Below, piece by piece: positions 49,353 through 62,062 of a stretch of DNA of 64,000 nucleotides. The stretch spans positions 4,280,001 to 4,344,000 of the forward strand of contig NC_045698.1 in the NCBI RefSeq assembly GCF_009834535.1, given 5' to 3'. Below the pieces are notes generated by a model that had not been told where the DNA came from, did no database searches, and saw only the letters and a program-made list of their open reading frames with translations. The stretch's first letter is position 1. Each line of letters begins with the position of its first letter. Source of the stretch: Camelus ferus. Its lineage: Eukaryota. A program made the translations under genes and the position numbers.

Positions 49353-51734
49353 TTGCTGGATGTCACACTCAGATCCTAGAGGCTGGACGATGACAGCCAC
49401 TGCAGGCTCCGAGCAGGGGTGCGGTGTGGCACTTCACCGTCTGCTCCATCGCCCGTTTGCAGAACAGAGTCTCAGCGGGGGTAGAATCAGGGAGCCCTGA
49501 CCCGCACTGGAGCCTGGGAACATCCTCAAGTCACAAATAAGAAAGACACGTGGAAAGAAGGAAGGAAGAGGATGCCCTGCTGGCATCCTACCAGGGTGAG
49601 GCAGGGCACGCAGATGACCACACGGTCCTTTCCAGCTGGTTCTGGGCAGGGGAAGGGGGGCAGCCCCCGGCTCTGCTGAGCGTGAGGTCTCACATGGCCC
49701 TCCAGTAAAAAAACCCAGTGCCTGCTGGAGAGGAGAGACCAGACGTGGTTTGGGGAGTTGGGAAGACTGAGCTGTACGGGAGATGGATACCCCAGAGAGA
49801 GAATCTAGAAAGAGAAGGGTGGTGTGCTGAAGCCAGGAAAGAGGCTGTCATGTTGCAAGGAGCCTGTTCTGAGGGTGGTGGGAACCAAGAGGGACCTGGG
49901 ATTCTACGCACTGTCACCTGGTGTGAAATACTGAAGCTAGGACAGAGTTCAAGATGGCTTGTATCTGAGAGGTTTCCAAAATCTTATGCTCCGAAAGGGG
50001 CCCGAGACACAGGTTAAGACATGAATCGGTGAGGATGAGGTGGGAGACTGATGTTGGCTGGTCTCCCGGGCATCTTTGAATATTCTTTTTCATCTTTCAA
50101 TTTTTTTTAATGCCTTCAGTTTGGACCATTTATTCAATTTGCACATCCACAGGAGGGACCATGACTTTGTAGATCTATTAGCAGCTCTGAACAGCAGACA
50201 GGTTTAACTGTATCAATCGTGGCCAAAGTGGTACTTCTGAAGGAGAGGCAAAGCTCCCGGGGAGGAAGGGTAAACAGAGCTGGGCTCCACGTGGAGGAAC
50301 AAAACGCCACCCAGGGACCCCAGCTACGCTGGCCTTCTCAACAGGAGCTGCAGCTCTGTCGTGACGCGCTAGTTCCCTGAGTTGTTTGTTTGTTTTTGCT
50401 TTTGTTTTTGTTTTCTTAAACTTCAGAAACCATAGGAGATACATGTAAAACCTCTAAATGTTTTGGCTAATTTTCCTGTTTTGTCACCTTCACAGAAGGA
50501 GCTTGTCGACATGGTGGAAGCCCCCCCAGGTCAGTGTCACTTGGTGCCACACGGACCCCACGCTGGCCACCGTGACTTCGTGCTCAGCTGAGAGGGTGGG
50601 ACTGTGGCCGACACCCCCAGGACGGTGCGCGTGGGCTCTCAGACTTGGCGGTGATGCTGTCAAAAATGTGAAATGGTGCCCAGTCAGATTTGCCAAAACA
50701 GAGGACCACGCGCAGCCAAACAGCCCCTCCGGCTGATTCTATACCTTCTCTCCTCTCCCGCTCATATTCCGCAGTGTCATGTCAGCAGCTGGTCACCATG
50801 AGAGACGGGAAGCAGTAAATATACACGCTAAAACGTTAGGGGAAAATGTTCAATAGAACCAGCCAGTCTGACGTCACTCATCTGATATCCACACAGACTT
50901 GTCTTACTAAAGGCCCGAGGAAAAGAAAAGATTCTTTTCTCACACGTTATGCAATTGTATGTGGGACCTGGCCTGTGTACACAGCTTCAAAAAATCATTA
51001 GTGTGTCCAACTGGGCAGCCAGTGAAGGTGGAATATGACTTAATTAGTTCACAAGACATTTGTGAACTATGTAATTACAAGCTCCATTTAATTGACCTTC
51101 ATTTTTGGTCTCAGAATAATTCTGACACTATCACCTGCCACCCTAAAAAGCAATAATTGTGCAGTAAAAGCCATAGTCGCTGGGCCTGGGATTTGGTTGT
51201 CTATAAATTAAAGTGTTTTCCTTGTGGGGTTGGAACCCTAAAATAATCTCAGGGACTGGGAAGGAGGAAGGCAGGTGGGAGAGACCAGGACCTGAAAGCT
51301 CCACCCAGGCGGCAGAGGTGCTGCTGTGGTTCCGTCCACACCGCTGCTCTCCCTGAGCTTCCTCTTACCCGACCCGGGTAAGAGCATCACTCGGTAAATG
51401 GGCGGCTCTCACAGAGCGGATGTCCGGCCCGGTAAACACGCTCGCGCACAAATGCTCATACACGAGCTGTCAGTCACGCCCACCCCTCGCAGGGAAGACT
51501 TTCTGGTGGTCCTGGTGTGTCCCAGAGCATCTGCAGCTGCACAGGGCACTGGGCTGCACAGTCCCCACCCCTTCTCCTTGGGACCCAAACCGCAGCCTCA
51601 GTGGGGCTGCATCACAGCTCCTCCCTTTCCCACAGAGCAGGGAGAGGAGAGTCCCAGAAACTAAGATAGGAACACAGAGAAATGGGGGACACCCCACAAG
51701 GGGAATTCAAAAATCAAGGGGCCTGTCCACACGT

Positions 51735-52766
51735 ATATGATCCCTACCTCACACCACTCAGGAAGTTAATTCCAGGTAGACTGTAAATCTAAATGTGGCA
51801 GGCTAAATGTAAAGGTTTAAGGAGAAAGTGGGAGAGAAGAAAATCACTCACTATAAATGGAAAAAGAACTGATAAATTAGGCCGCATCAGAACAAAGAAC
51901 TTCTGTTCTTCACAAGACACCACTGAGAGACAGTAAACTGGACCCAGAGGAAAAGGTCTTCACAGGACGTATGTCGAATAAAGGTCTTGTATCCAGAGTA
52001 AAAGAACCTCTTGAGGCTGATAAGAAACATCCAATAAACCCAGACAACCCCAAACAAAGAAATGGACAAAGACTCTAACAGACACTTCACAGAAGAGGAT
52101 GCCGAGTGACCAGTACACAGATGTAATGATCATTGTCACTCACGTCACAACATGACACACACACATTCCACATACACCAGAGTTGCTTAAGGACAGGGAG
52201 GCAACACCACTGTGGGCACAATGAGCTCGGGGCTCTGGTCCTCTCCTGGGACGAGTGCCCTTCATCCCCATGGGAACAGCATCTTCGGATGCTGAGTGCA
52301 CGCCTCCCTCTGGTCCAGCTCTCCTGCTCCTCCAGACTCACACAGCAATGAGTACGTGCTCACCAAGAGGCACGGACCCATGAGAGGTCACAGCAGCACA
52401 TTTCCAGTGGCCAGAAACAGCCCAGTGCCCACCCAGGGCAGAAGGGATTAACAACAGGAACGTGGTCACACGCGGGCAGCTACACAGTGAAACTGTGCAC
52501 AACACGGGGATGACTCTCACACAGAGCAGAGCAGGAAGGAGCGGACACAGAGCACACGCCTCCCTCCATGGTGCAAGATTCAGAGCCAGGCTGTTCAGGC
52601 CGGGGTAGTGGGTCCCTTGGAGCAGCAATGGCCGACGGAGGCTCTGGAGCTGCGGGATATCTGGGAGGCGTGTCTGTATCTGCATCCTGTTCCCCTGGTT
52701 ATGTTGGGTTTGAGACAATTCTTAACCTACGCAGTGAAGAAGTGTCCACTTTTCTGTGTATCTGCT
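51735..52766 (+). mobile_element. Decayed L1ME-type fragment (ORF2 3' part and 3' UTR)
   Basis: gatccctacctcacacca...aagaacttctgttcttcacaagacaccact...ataaaggtcttgtatccagagt...aaatggacaaagactctaacagacacttcacagaagagga. Confidence 0.8.
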
Positions 52767-53178
52767 TCTAGTGGCTGAATGGTGGCCCCTAAAAGGCATG
52801 TCTGTGTCCTAGCTCCCAGAAGCTATTATGACAAAGAGTGACCATTACTTTATGCAACAAAAGACACAATTGAGTCAACACTCTTGAAAGGAAGAGCTCA
52901 ACCTGGATTACCTGTGCGGCCTCTGTATCTACAATGAGAACGTCCTTGTAAGAGACAGGACACACAGCCACGTGTGGGCGGAGGCAGATTAGAGAGACGT
53001 GGCGTTTCCAGAAGCTGGAAGGAGCGAGGATCCTCCCCTAAGGCCCCTGGAGGGAGCGTGGCCCTGCCGACACTGGTTTCAGACTTCCGGCTCCCAGAGC
53101 CCCCGAAAATACTCTTCTGCTGTCTGAAGCCACCAGCCGTGCGGCGATCCGTCACAGCAGGAACAGGAAAGGGGCGCG
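52767..53178 (+). mobile_element. MLT1C-like solo LTR
   Basis: gctgaatggtggcccctaaaag...ccagaagctggaagg...ggagggagcgtggccctgccgacactggtttcagacttc. Confidence 0.8.
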
Positions 53179-53687
53179 CTCTCACACGCCGATGGAATGG
53201 GAAGAGAAAGAGCAGCGTCGAGTGACGCCTGAGCCCCACCGAACAGGCGGAGCCGCAGGACGGTGGCCGGGCTCCGGGAAGCCAACACCTCACCAGCTTT
53301 AAGAACCACGGAGAGAGGCACCCGCCTGCTGACCGCCACGGCACGACCCCAGAGAGGGAGCAGCAGCGCTGCCAGATTTCAGGCTGCGCCGAGGCCCGAC
53401 TGCGGTCGGGGGCGTGAGTCTAGTGAGAATGTGGGCCCAGGGGTGTCATTGTCTCCTGCACTGTCCAGACACTCGGAGCCGACGGACAGGTCTAATCAGA
53501 ACTGGGGTGTTTCCAGGTGAATTATAAAACAGAGGGGAGAGGGCAAGGGGATCGGGAGAGGTCATCAGGAGTGACTACAGGCAGAGCTGCAGGTCCTGGC
53601 TGGATAAGAAGGGAACAAGGAAGGAGGAGGGCTGGGTGGTGCAAACGTGGGAAATGAGTGACTAGAAGCCTCAGGAGGGTAGGAAAG

Positions 53688-53910
53688 CCCTGCCCTGGCT
53701 CCTGGCCCCGTCCTCCCTCCTCAGAGCTGCAGCATCGCCTCTCTTCACACTCTCTTCTCTGTTCACATCTCCCTCTTACCCTCTTCTTCTGGGAGTCTTC
53801 CACTTTTAAGGACCCTTGTGATGACACTGGACCCACCCAAACCATCTAGGGTAATCTCCCTATACCAAGGCCAGCTGATTAGCAGACTTCATTCCACTTG
53901 CTGCCATGAT
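53688..53910 (-). mobile_element. MLT1D/E-like LTR fragment
   Basis: tggctcctggcccc...ttccacttttaaggacccttgtgatgacactggacccaccca...agctgattagca. Confidence 0.75.
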
Positions 53911-54899
53911 TCCCCGTCATGCTACTCCACGAGCCCCCCACCCTCCAGCGGGCTGGTCCTAACTGGTCCACAATGGTGGCTGGGCAGGGTTCTCACAGAG
54001 AGAGAGAGCAGAAGCACGTTCGGCCCCTTGAAGCCTACACTCAGGGCTGAGCTGGTCACAGCAAGTTATGAGGTCAGCGCATTGCAAGCAGCGGAGAAAC
54101 AGACCGCACCTCTTGATGAAAAGACTTCAAAGTCACATTGCAAGCAGGCAGGACAATAATAGCAGCCATGTTTGCAAACATGCAGGATGTTTTTCTTTTC
54201 CCATGCTTCAGTAGGAGTCTCTAGATTAAAGCTTCCTCACTGTGGTTCCCAGGGAAGCACAGAGGCAGGCCCCTCAGATACACGCGTGTACGTGCCTGTG
54301 TGTGAGCTCACATGTATTTGTGTAAGGAAGAAATTAGGGGTTTTGGCAACCCTTTTTGAGGATGAAGAATTTATATTTCATTAGTTGAAGAGTCCATGCA
54401 TTTCTTACATTCCTCTCCCACCACGAAGACACGGCCACATGTTGTGTTCTTCTCCCTCCGCGGATAGCCGCAGTCCTCTTCTCTTCAATTCGCTCACCTG
54501 ATACTCCTGCTGGATCCAGCCAGGAAAACAGGGGCCACTCCAGGCAGTTCCACAGAGGCCACTTAATATGGAAAACTAGTTACAAGGAAAACCAAACCAT
54601 GAGGCGATCCAAGGACTAGCAAGAGCAGGAGGAGCCGCCAGGGCTGCAGGGGAACCAGGGAGAGGTGGGTCTTAGCAGAGCCCAGAGGCCAGGCCTTCTG
54701 ATGGGAGCTGGGTCCTCAGAGGGGGCTGCCCGGTGGGAGTTGGAACCACAGCCAACACCCAGAGACTGCCAGAGAAGCAGGAGAGAGTGTCCCTGCAGCT
54801 GCGGCCCTCCTGCCAATGCCACCCACGGGCCAGCCCTGCCAGGAGCCAAGCTGTGAGCAGGGACAAACCATCTCAGAGGCTGACAAGGAAGGGCTGTTT

Positions 54900-55200
54900 C
54901 CCACTCATGCAGGTGGCCATGTGCTGGCTGCAGTTCTGCTCCTCCTCCCACCAGTCCCAGGTCTGCAGTCAAGAGCAGATGCTCTGTTCTCATGGCAGAG
55001 AAGGGGAGAAGGAGTTGGGCAGTGGCCATCACGTGAGGCTCTGCTGGACCACAGAAGTGCCCCCATGCGCCCTCTGCTCACATCTCATTGACCAAAGCAA
55101 GTCACATGACCAGGCCCTGCAGCCCCTCTGTTCACACTTCATTGGCTGAAGCAAGTCACGTGGCCAAGCCTGACATCAGTAGGACAGCCCCATTGCCACA
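54900..55200 (-). mobile_element. Old MLT1 (I/J/K-like) fragment with an internal duplication of about 53 bp
   Basis: Two copies of cattg(a/g)c..aagcaagtcac(a/g)tg(a/g)cca.gcc at about 55087 and 55140. Confidence 0.6.
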
Positions 55201-55253
55201 GTGAAGCTCTGGCCACAGGCAGGAGAGGTAGGCCCTCCTGCAGAAAAAACAGC

Positions 55254-55456
55254 TGTATTAGTTTCCTGTGGCTGCAGTAAGAAATCCCTACACACTTAGC
55301 TGCTTAAAGCACACAGATGTATTCTCTCCCAGTGCTGGAGGCCAGCATTCTGAAATCAGTGTCACTGAGCTGAAGTCAAGGTGTTACAGGGCTGGTTCCT
55401 TCTGGAGGCTCCAGGGGGGAATCCCTTTCTTCAGCTTTTCTGCTTCTGGGGGATGC
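55254..55456 (-). mobile_element. MLT1D/E-like LTR fragment, truncated at an L1 junction
   Basis: tgtattagtttcctgtggctgc...cactgagctgaagtcaaggtgttacagggctggttccttctggaggctccaggggg. Confidence 0.8.
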
Positions 55457-56312
55457 TTCAAAGAAATGGAGAGATGTCCCATGTCCTTGGGTTGGAAGAA
55501 TTAATATTGTTAAATTGGCCATACTACCCAAAGCAATCTACAAGTTTAATGCAACCCTTATCAAGATACCCATGGCATTTTTCACAGAACTAGAACAAAT
55601 AATCCTAAAATTTATATGGAAACAAAAAAGACCCAGAATTGCCAACGCAATCCTGAGGAAAAAGAATCAAAGCTAGAGACATAACCCTTCCAGACTTCAG
55701 ACCACACTGCAAAGTTACAGTAATCACAACACTGTGGTACTGGCACAAAAACAGACACACAGAACAATGGAACAGAGTAGAGAGCCCAGAAATAAACCCA
55801 GGTACCTATGATCAATTAATCTTCAACAAAGGAGGCAAGAATATACAATGGGGGAAAGACAGTCTCTTCAACAAGGGTTGGGAAAGCTGGACAGCCACAC
55901 GTAAACCAGTGACGTTAGAACACTCCCTCACACCATTCACAAAAACAAACTCAAAACGGTTCAAAGACCTAAATGTAAGACATGACACCACAAAACTCCT
56001 AGAGGAGAACATAGGAGAAACACTCTTTGACAAAATTGTAGCAATATTTTCTTAGATCAATATCCAAGGGAAAATAAATAAAAGCAAAAATAAACATATG
56101 GGACGTAATAAAATTTAAAAGCTTTTTGCACAGCAAAGGAAACCACTGACAAAACAAAAAGACAACCTATGGAATGAGAGAAAATATTTGCAAATGATGT
56201 AACAAACAAGGAGTTAACATCCAATATTGAGTTATATGAAACTTAATATCAAAACAAACAACCCAATCAAAAAAAAATGGGCAGAAGACCTACACAGACT
56301 TTTTTTTTCAAG
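55457..56312 (+). mobile_element. Younger lineage L1 ORF2 3' fragment, truncated at both ends
   Basis: Well-preserved L1 ORF2 sequence (ggaagaattaatattgttaaattggccatactacccaaagcaatctac...gtggtactggcacaaaaacagacac...aaatgggcagaagacct). It has no 3' UTR or poly(A). Confidence 0.92.
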
Positions 56313-57604
56313 AGTGAAGTTCAATTCACAAGTTCTCTGACCTGGGGCAAGACTTCCCGGACTCAGAGCTGGTTCTGCTGCCTGGGGCCTCGGGTGAGGA
56401 TTCAGCCTTCCGGGACGCAGTTCTGAGTAAGTGAGGACGGCAGGACTCCCACTCAGGGCTGCTGTGACAAGTCAGTGGTCCAAACCACGTGGAGCCCCCC
56501 CAGCAATCGTCCTCACCGGATGCTAGTTTCCTTCTGTCCCTCCCCCTTTCTCCTCCCTGGGAAGAAAGCTCCTAAATGGACTGAAATCTCTTCTCAGCTG
56601 CATGGTGTCTCTCTGATCCACAGCCCACCCCCTGCAGACATCACAAGAGCATCACTCTGAGTCCACAGGGTCTCCTTCACCTCAGACCCTGTCCAGTCCC
56701 ACACCAGGGGTCAACCGTGGCCAGCTGGCTGGAGGAAGGCTGACGGGCATCTCTAAAATAAAGGATGGAGGGACATGGGTGAGGACAGAAGAGTAATTAT
56801 GGGGCTGTGGGAGATTATTTGGCCATTTCTTACACTTGGGTAGCTCAAATCTATACTGCCCCTTCGATCCCAAGAGAACCCCAGGAGCAAAGAATTACAT
56901 TCCAACAGCAGGTGGCAGCCCCTCCGTGGTTATGAAACCAAGAAGTGGCTCTCCATCAGCTCCGAGAAGAGAAGGAATGGGATGTGACAGACCACAGCTC
57001 ACACCCATGGCAAAACTAGGTATTATTTTGTGAAACTTTGGATCTATGGTCTGGGAGTGGGATGTAAACTTTATTTCTCACCACGGATAGCCGGGAAACT
57101 CTGAAAGCACAGGAAGGGAGGTATTGACACTTACCTTCACAGGACCTTAGCAAGAGCCAGCCAAGCACACACATGGAGTCCAGGGGACACACTGAGCCAT
57201 CCTTTACCTGATTTCTACACATCCTGCAGGCCACACCCAGCCCTAGGTGCTCTGCCAGCCTCACCAGCCCTGCTTCCACCAGGCTGTGTCGTGCTGGCGG
57301 GTGAGAAGCAGCAGGTGATTGTTTCCTTGTCTCGCTCAGGTCTGCACCTCCCCGGGTGCTTGCACGGCTCTGGGGACCCACAGACCTTGTCCCAGTTTGA
57401 GGAAATGTTCACAACTGTTCAGGAGAATTAAGAGAGAGTATAAGCACGCATCCGGGCTTGGCCTGCCACAGGATGCTAGAAGGATGCCTGGGAAAGTCTT
57501 AGCTTTAGTGGTCCGCCTCTGCAGAGGGCCTGGGGGCCGAGCGCTGCGGCACAGAGCTGGGTCAGAGCGTGGGGCTTCTGTGCACTAAGCGGGGAGGGCT
57601 GGTT

Positions 57605-57730
57605 GGGGCCCCTCTTTAGAAAGCAATTTGGCAATAATTACCAAAACTCAAATACACATCATTCCACTTCAAGAAAGTCATCTCACGGGGTACCCTCAGA
57701 TGGTGGCTGATGACACGAACAACAGAGTGT
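57605..57730 (+). mobile_element. Old L1ME4-like fragment
   Basis: ctttagaaagcaatttggcaataattaccaaaact...attccacttcaagaa. Confidence 0.5.
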
Positions 57731-59650
57731 GGCGTCGTTTGCCACAGCAGAGCGGGAAGGACTCCCCACAGGGAGGCGGCGTGACCACCGTGCAGCAGCC
57801 CTCAGGTGGGGCGCTGCCAGCCCGCCCGACTCAGCCCTGCGCCGGCTGAGAAAGCGGCATCTGCAGGGATGTTTTAAGCGAGAAAAGTGAAATGCTCTGC
57901 AGTGTGGATAATACGATGCTATTTGTACTTTTACGAGCATAACCCTGAATATAGGCTTAGAGAATTTCTGATTTGCCCAGAAAGATACATGGAGTTGGTG
58001 AGAAGGGGGTTGGGGTCTGGAAGGCACTGCTCTGTTTGCATTTTCCACCGCGGACAACAAGCACACGAAACTAAGTGCTTCCCCTGTAACGTTTGTACAA
58101 ACAAAAGACTAGGGAAGCTCAACAAGAGATACAATAAAACCAGGACTAAATCGATACTGTTTAAGCCCCGTTATACATGGGGGAGGCGGCCCGGCTCCTG
58201 CTGAGTAAGTTTCTGTTCGCACTCTGTGGACAATGAATGCGTGGTTATTAGTAACAGTAATGAAAGCGTCCTCCATTCACTCCCACAGTTCGATTTGTCT
58301 CCCAAGGGCACGTGAGGCACATCTGAGGACCGGCAGGAGAGTCTGACAACAGCTGACAGAAAAGAGTGATCCTGCTTTTTGCTTTATGCCTTGATTTCAT
58401 AATTCCAGCCTCACTCTGGGCCCCAGTCGCTGTGTTTGATGAGATCAGTGGACGACTGTGTTAACATCCCTTTGGGATGCTGACGCTCCAGCCTGCGCAC
58501 GCTTGAGAATTAACACCACGCACAAACAGGCTGCTCTAAAAGACGAGCATTGTCCCCTAAGACACTGCCACAGAGAGAGCAGGCTCCCCGCAGGGTGGAC
58601 TGGGGGTGGCACAGGGAGTGTGTGACCGAGGGGGCAGGGCAGGCAGGAGAGGACTGAACTCTTCTTCACCCTGAGCGCATCTCAAACCCAGTCCCTTTGT
58701 GGGAGGGCGACTGGAGGACACAGGACAGGGTGCAGGGCATTTTCAAGAGGAGGAGTGGGAGGGAGGGCTGGGAGGAGGAAGGGGGGAGGGGAGAAGAGAT
58801 AGAAAGAGGAGGCGGGAGGGCTGCAGTTTCTGGAACTGTCTTTGCGTCCATTACATCCCGCAGGAAGGGAGGAAGAGATGACTGCAAATGGAGGGGAAGA
58901 GAAGTTGAGAATAAACGGGGGGTGATGCCCTACAGAGGTTGGTGCTGGTGCTGCAGCCAGCACAGGGGGACAAGGATGCGTGTCCTCCTGGCTCTCTGGT
59001 CCTCTGGCTCCCCTCACCCAGCCACCCACACATAGTGGGAAGCCCTTTAGGACCACTGTGCTTCCAGGGTCTTGCAGCTCTATACTCAGGAATCTTCCCA
59101 CCTCAGAGGACCAGGGCCAACACTGTGTCTGCCTTTCTAGCCGTCCCCTGAATCTCGGCTGCAGCAGCATCTGGACCCCTGACTTGGAATTATACAGCAG
59201 GACAAAGGCAAAACCAACAGACGGAGGCTGTGGCATGGACCTGGGGCAAGGCATGGACCAGGGCACCCTGCAGTCTGGGACCCAAGGAGACATGGGTCAT
59301 GGAATCCACCTCTGCTCTTACAACTTCGATAGTATTTCCCAGATGACCCCGTGGAAGTTCCCAAATCCTGATCCTTCTTGTCCCAAACTGCCTCTGCAGT
59401 GGATATAATGCTCCCTCGTTCCTTGCACCTTTGGGCTCTTAATGTAAAAAACCCCACATGCTCACCAAATGAACTAAACTTGGAAAACTCACAACACTGC
59501 ATCTGGGACCCAAATTTACTTACATGAAAATTTACAGTTTAGCCTTAGGTTACCCCCACAGAGTAAGTTTCTGCAGGAAGGAACCACCATCAGCACCCAG
59601 TATGTGGGGACCCTGGTCGTCCTTTGTTCTCAAAGTGTCAGAGGGTGCCC

Positions 59651-60135
59651 TGTAGGTTATCTGACAACTCCCATTTCTAGTTCCCTCCCTTTGTGCCTGC
59701 CTCTGCTCTAAAGGCCATATAAGCTAAGATGCAGATCACCTGCCACCCTTGCTGTTCGGGGCGGCCATGAGACACCATTCCAGTCGGTGAGGTGTGGGCA
59801 GAAGTCCCTGAGGGATACAGCCCTTCTAGAATAAAACGACAATGCCTCCACAGGAGAAATCCTTTTGTTCATCATCTTTTGTCCTTCCTCTTCTGGATTT
59901 TCTCTGCCTGGAATGCAGGCATGATACCCGGAGGTGCAGCAGCCATCTTGTGATGTGAAGACAAAGCCAAGGTTAAGAATGGCAGAGGAGAGAGGCAGAT
60001 CAGTGACACTCATGAGGAGTGACAGCTGCTCTGGGCAGACAACTTGGAATCGCTTGTCATAGGAGGAAAAATAACCCCTATCTTTTCAAAAGATATCATT
60101 CGAAAGATCCCTAATTTGTAGCCAACATACATGAA
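59651..60135 (+). mobile_element. Old MLT1 (I/J-like) LTR
   Basis: ggccatgagac...tgcctggaatgcaggcatgatacccggaggtgcagcagccatcttgtga...taagaatggcagag. Confidence 0.7.
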
Positions 60136-61237
60136 ACAGTAGATAAAGGTCAATAATAATTAAAATAAAATAATACACAATGAATGTAATAAAATTGCAA
60201 TACACATACATACACATAATTCCTTTTGATGCACATTTATGTAAAAATGTTACGTAAAAATGTTCCTAAATTTTCAAGTACTGTTGATGTTATCATTTTA
60301 TCTCTCACCCCTAAAAGCCTTTGAAACTTCAAAGATAGTGAGGAAAAAACAAATGCTTCTGGATCATTGGGGGGAAATCCCAGCCCAGATGGGACTACCA
60401 TTCCACAACAAAATTACAAAGTGGAAAGGCCCCCGAAAGAGATTTGAACAATCCTGCTTGCCTTGCACAACTGTCCCTTAATTGCTGGGCAGCAAAATGT
60501 CTTGCAGAATATAACTCAGTCACAGAAGCCCACGGAGCCGACTGCAGAAGCAGACAGCAAACTGATAAAGACCAGAGCGGAATGGGAGCCAGGATGCGAG
60601 AGAAAACAAGAGACGTGTGCGGAAAGCTGAGCGCCCGCTGAGCCCTACCGCCAGGAGGGGCGGGCCCACAATCTGCAGCTTTGCTGATTTCTGATGCTGA
60701 ACCAGACGATGCTATTAATAAGGACAGGAATAAATATTCCACCAGCACATCCCTTGTTTTCTCAGCCCGTGCGTGCTCAGCTGCAGGGCGAGGCTGGCCC
60801 CCCTTCTGCCTCGTTATCCTAATGTCTCCACCATAAAAACAGCCAAAAAGTCTGCTCTCGTGACCCCTATTGGTCTGCGTCGCTTTGAGGCCAGTCTGTC
60901 TCCCTCCTGTCTTGGATTCCACCTCTTGGCAGGAAAAGTTTAAAAGAAAGTAACAAATGGCCTGAGCATGGAGATGTCTTAATAGCACCATCATCCTCCT
61001 CCTCATCACTGCGCTTCCTTCCCGACCCCCACCCACCTCCAACCAGCGCTAAGCGTCCTGTTGAGAAGGGGTCTGGGGGCCAAACAATCAAACAATTGCT
61101 CTGGGAGACAAGACGAGCAATCAAGCCTCAGCAAAATCAAGAGAGGAAATAACCAAAGCAAATGACCCTTTACTGACTGATCACTATTGATTGACTAAGT
61201 GCCTAAAATGCCCCAAACACTGTCGAGAGTAACCATG

Positions 61238-61372
61238 TGTCTTGGTCTCTTCCCAGCCACCTTAACCAAGCACCACGATGGGGCGGTTTAAACGACAGAC
61301 CTCATTCCTCACAGTTCTGGAGGCTGGACATCCAAGGTCAGGTGCAGCATGGTTAGTGGAAGCCCTCCTGGC
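61238..61372 (-). mobile_element. MLT1A-like LTR fragment
   Basis: caccacgatggggcggtttaaacgacaga...ctcacagttctggaggctggacatccaaggtca. Confidence 0.7.
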
Positions 61373-62009
61373 TGCTCCCGCTGTTGTCCTGACCCGACAG
61401 CCCACAGTGCCGAGGGCTCCCCCTCAATCTGCACGTGTGGACATAGGAGTAAAGCCGGAGGTCTATGCGACGTAAGCACTGCAGCTGAAGGCGACCCCGA
61501 CCCTCGAATTTAAACTGGCCTCCTCCTGCATTTCTAACTTGTGGCAAAGTCAAATGGACGCGCACATGGCTTTTCTTGGTGTTCACAGTGCACTTACCAA
61601 AAAAAAAAAAAAAAAAAAAACGAAAAACACACACAAACAATTCTGTTAAAATGTTTGGTTTTTGAACGGGTGTTCCTACAGGTGATTAATCAGAGCTGGC
61701 AAAGGAGGAGCTGCCGGGAGAGCCCGCCCTCACCAGCTCAGGAGCCGCACACGACCTCCCGGCTCCCAGGGGCAGGCTCCGTGTAGAACAAGGAAGAGCG
61801 ATTCTGGTCCCTTCATCTGTCACCTGTCACCCTTCCTCTCTCGGATCACAATATAAGCGTCCTCCAGCACAGCCATTGAGACCATGGCTGCCCTTCAAGG
61901 AACTCCCCTGCAGCTCTGGCCACATGCTTGTCATGCCCATGCGGTACTCCTGAGTGTCCCAGTGAGTCCCAGCCACCACCCTCAGCACGTGTGCAATAAT
62001 GAGTACTTA

Positions 62010-62062
62010 GTGTGGGTGTGGGTGCGCGCGCGCGAGTGTGTGTGTATGCATGTGCGTGTGTG
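62010..62062. repeat. (GT)n/(CG)n alternating tract
   Basis: gtgtgggtgtgggtgcgcgcgcgcgagtgtgtgtgtatgcatgtgcgtgtgtg. Confidence 0.9.

Noticed and set aside
57129..57230. Isolated strong minus-strand splice donors (57134; similarly 37918 and about 63096)
   Set aside because: I could not pair them with convincing acceptors, and isolated donors are expected by chance.
58682..59408. Overlapping 203-aa and 142-aa ORFs
   Set aside because: They have low-complexity GC-rich composition, are open on both strands, and show no homology or splice structure that I recognise.
60395..61042. 215-aa minus-strand ORF as a CDS
   Set aside because: It has a non-ATG start and no recognisable family. It is kept only as part of a regulatory candidate.
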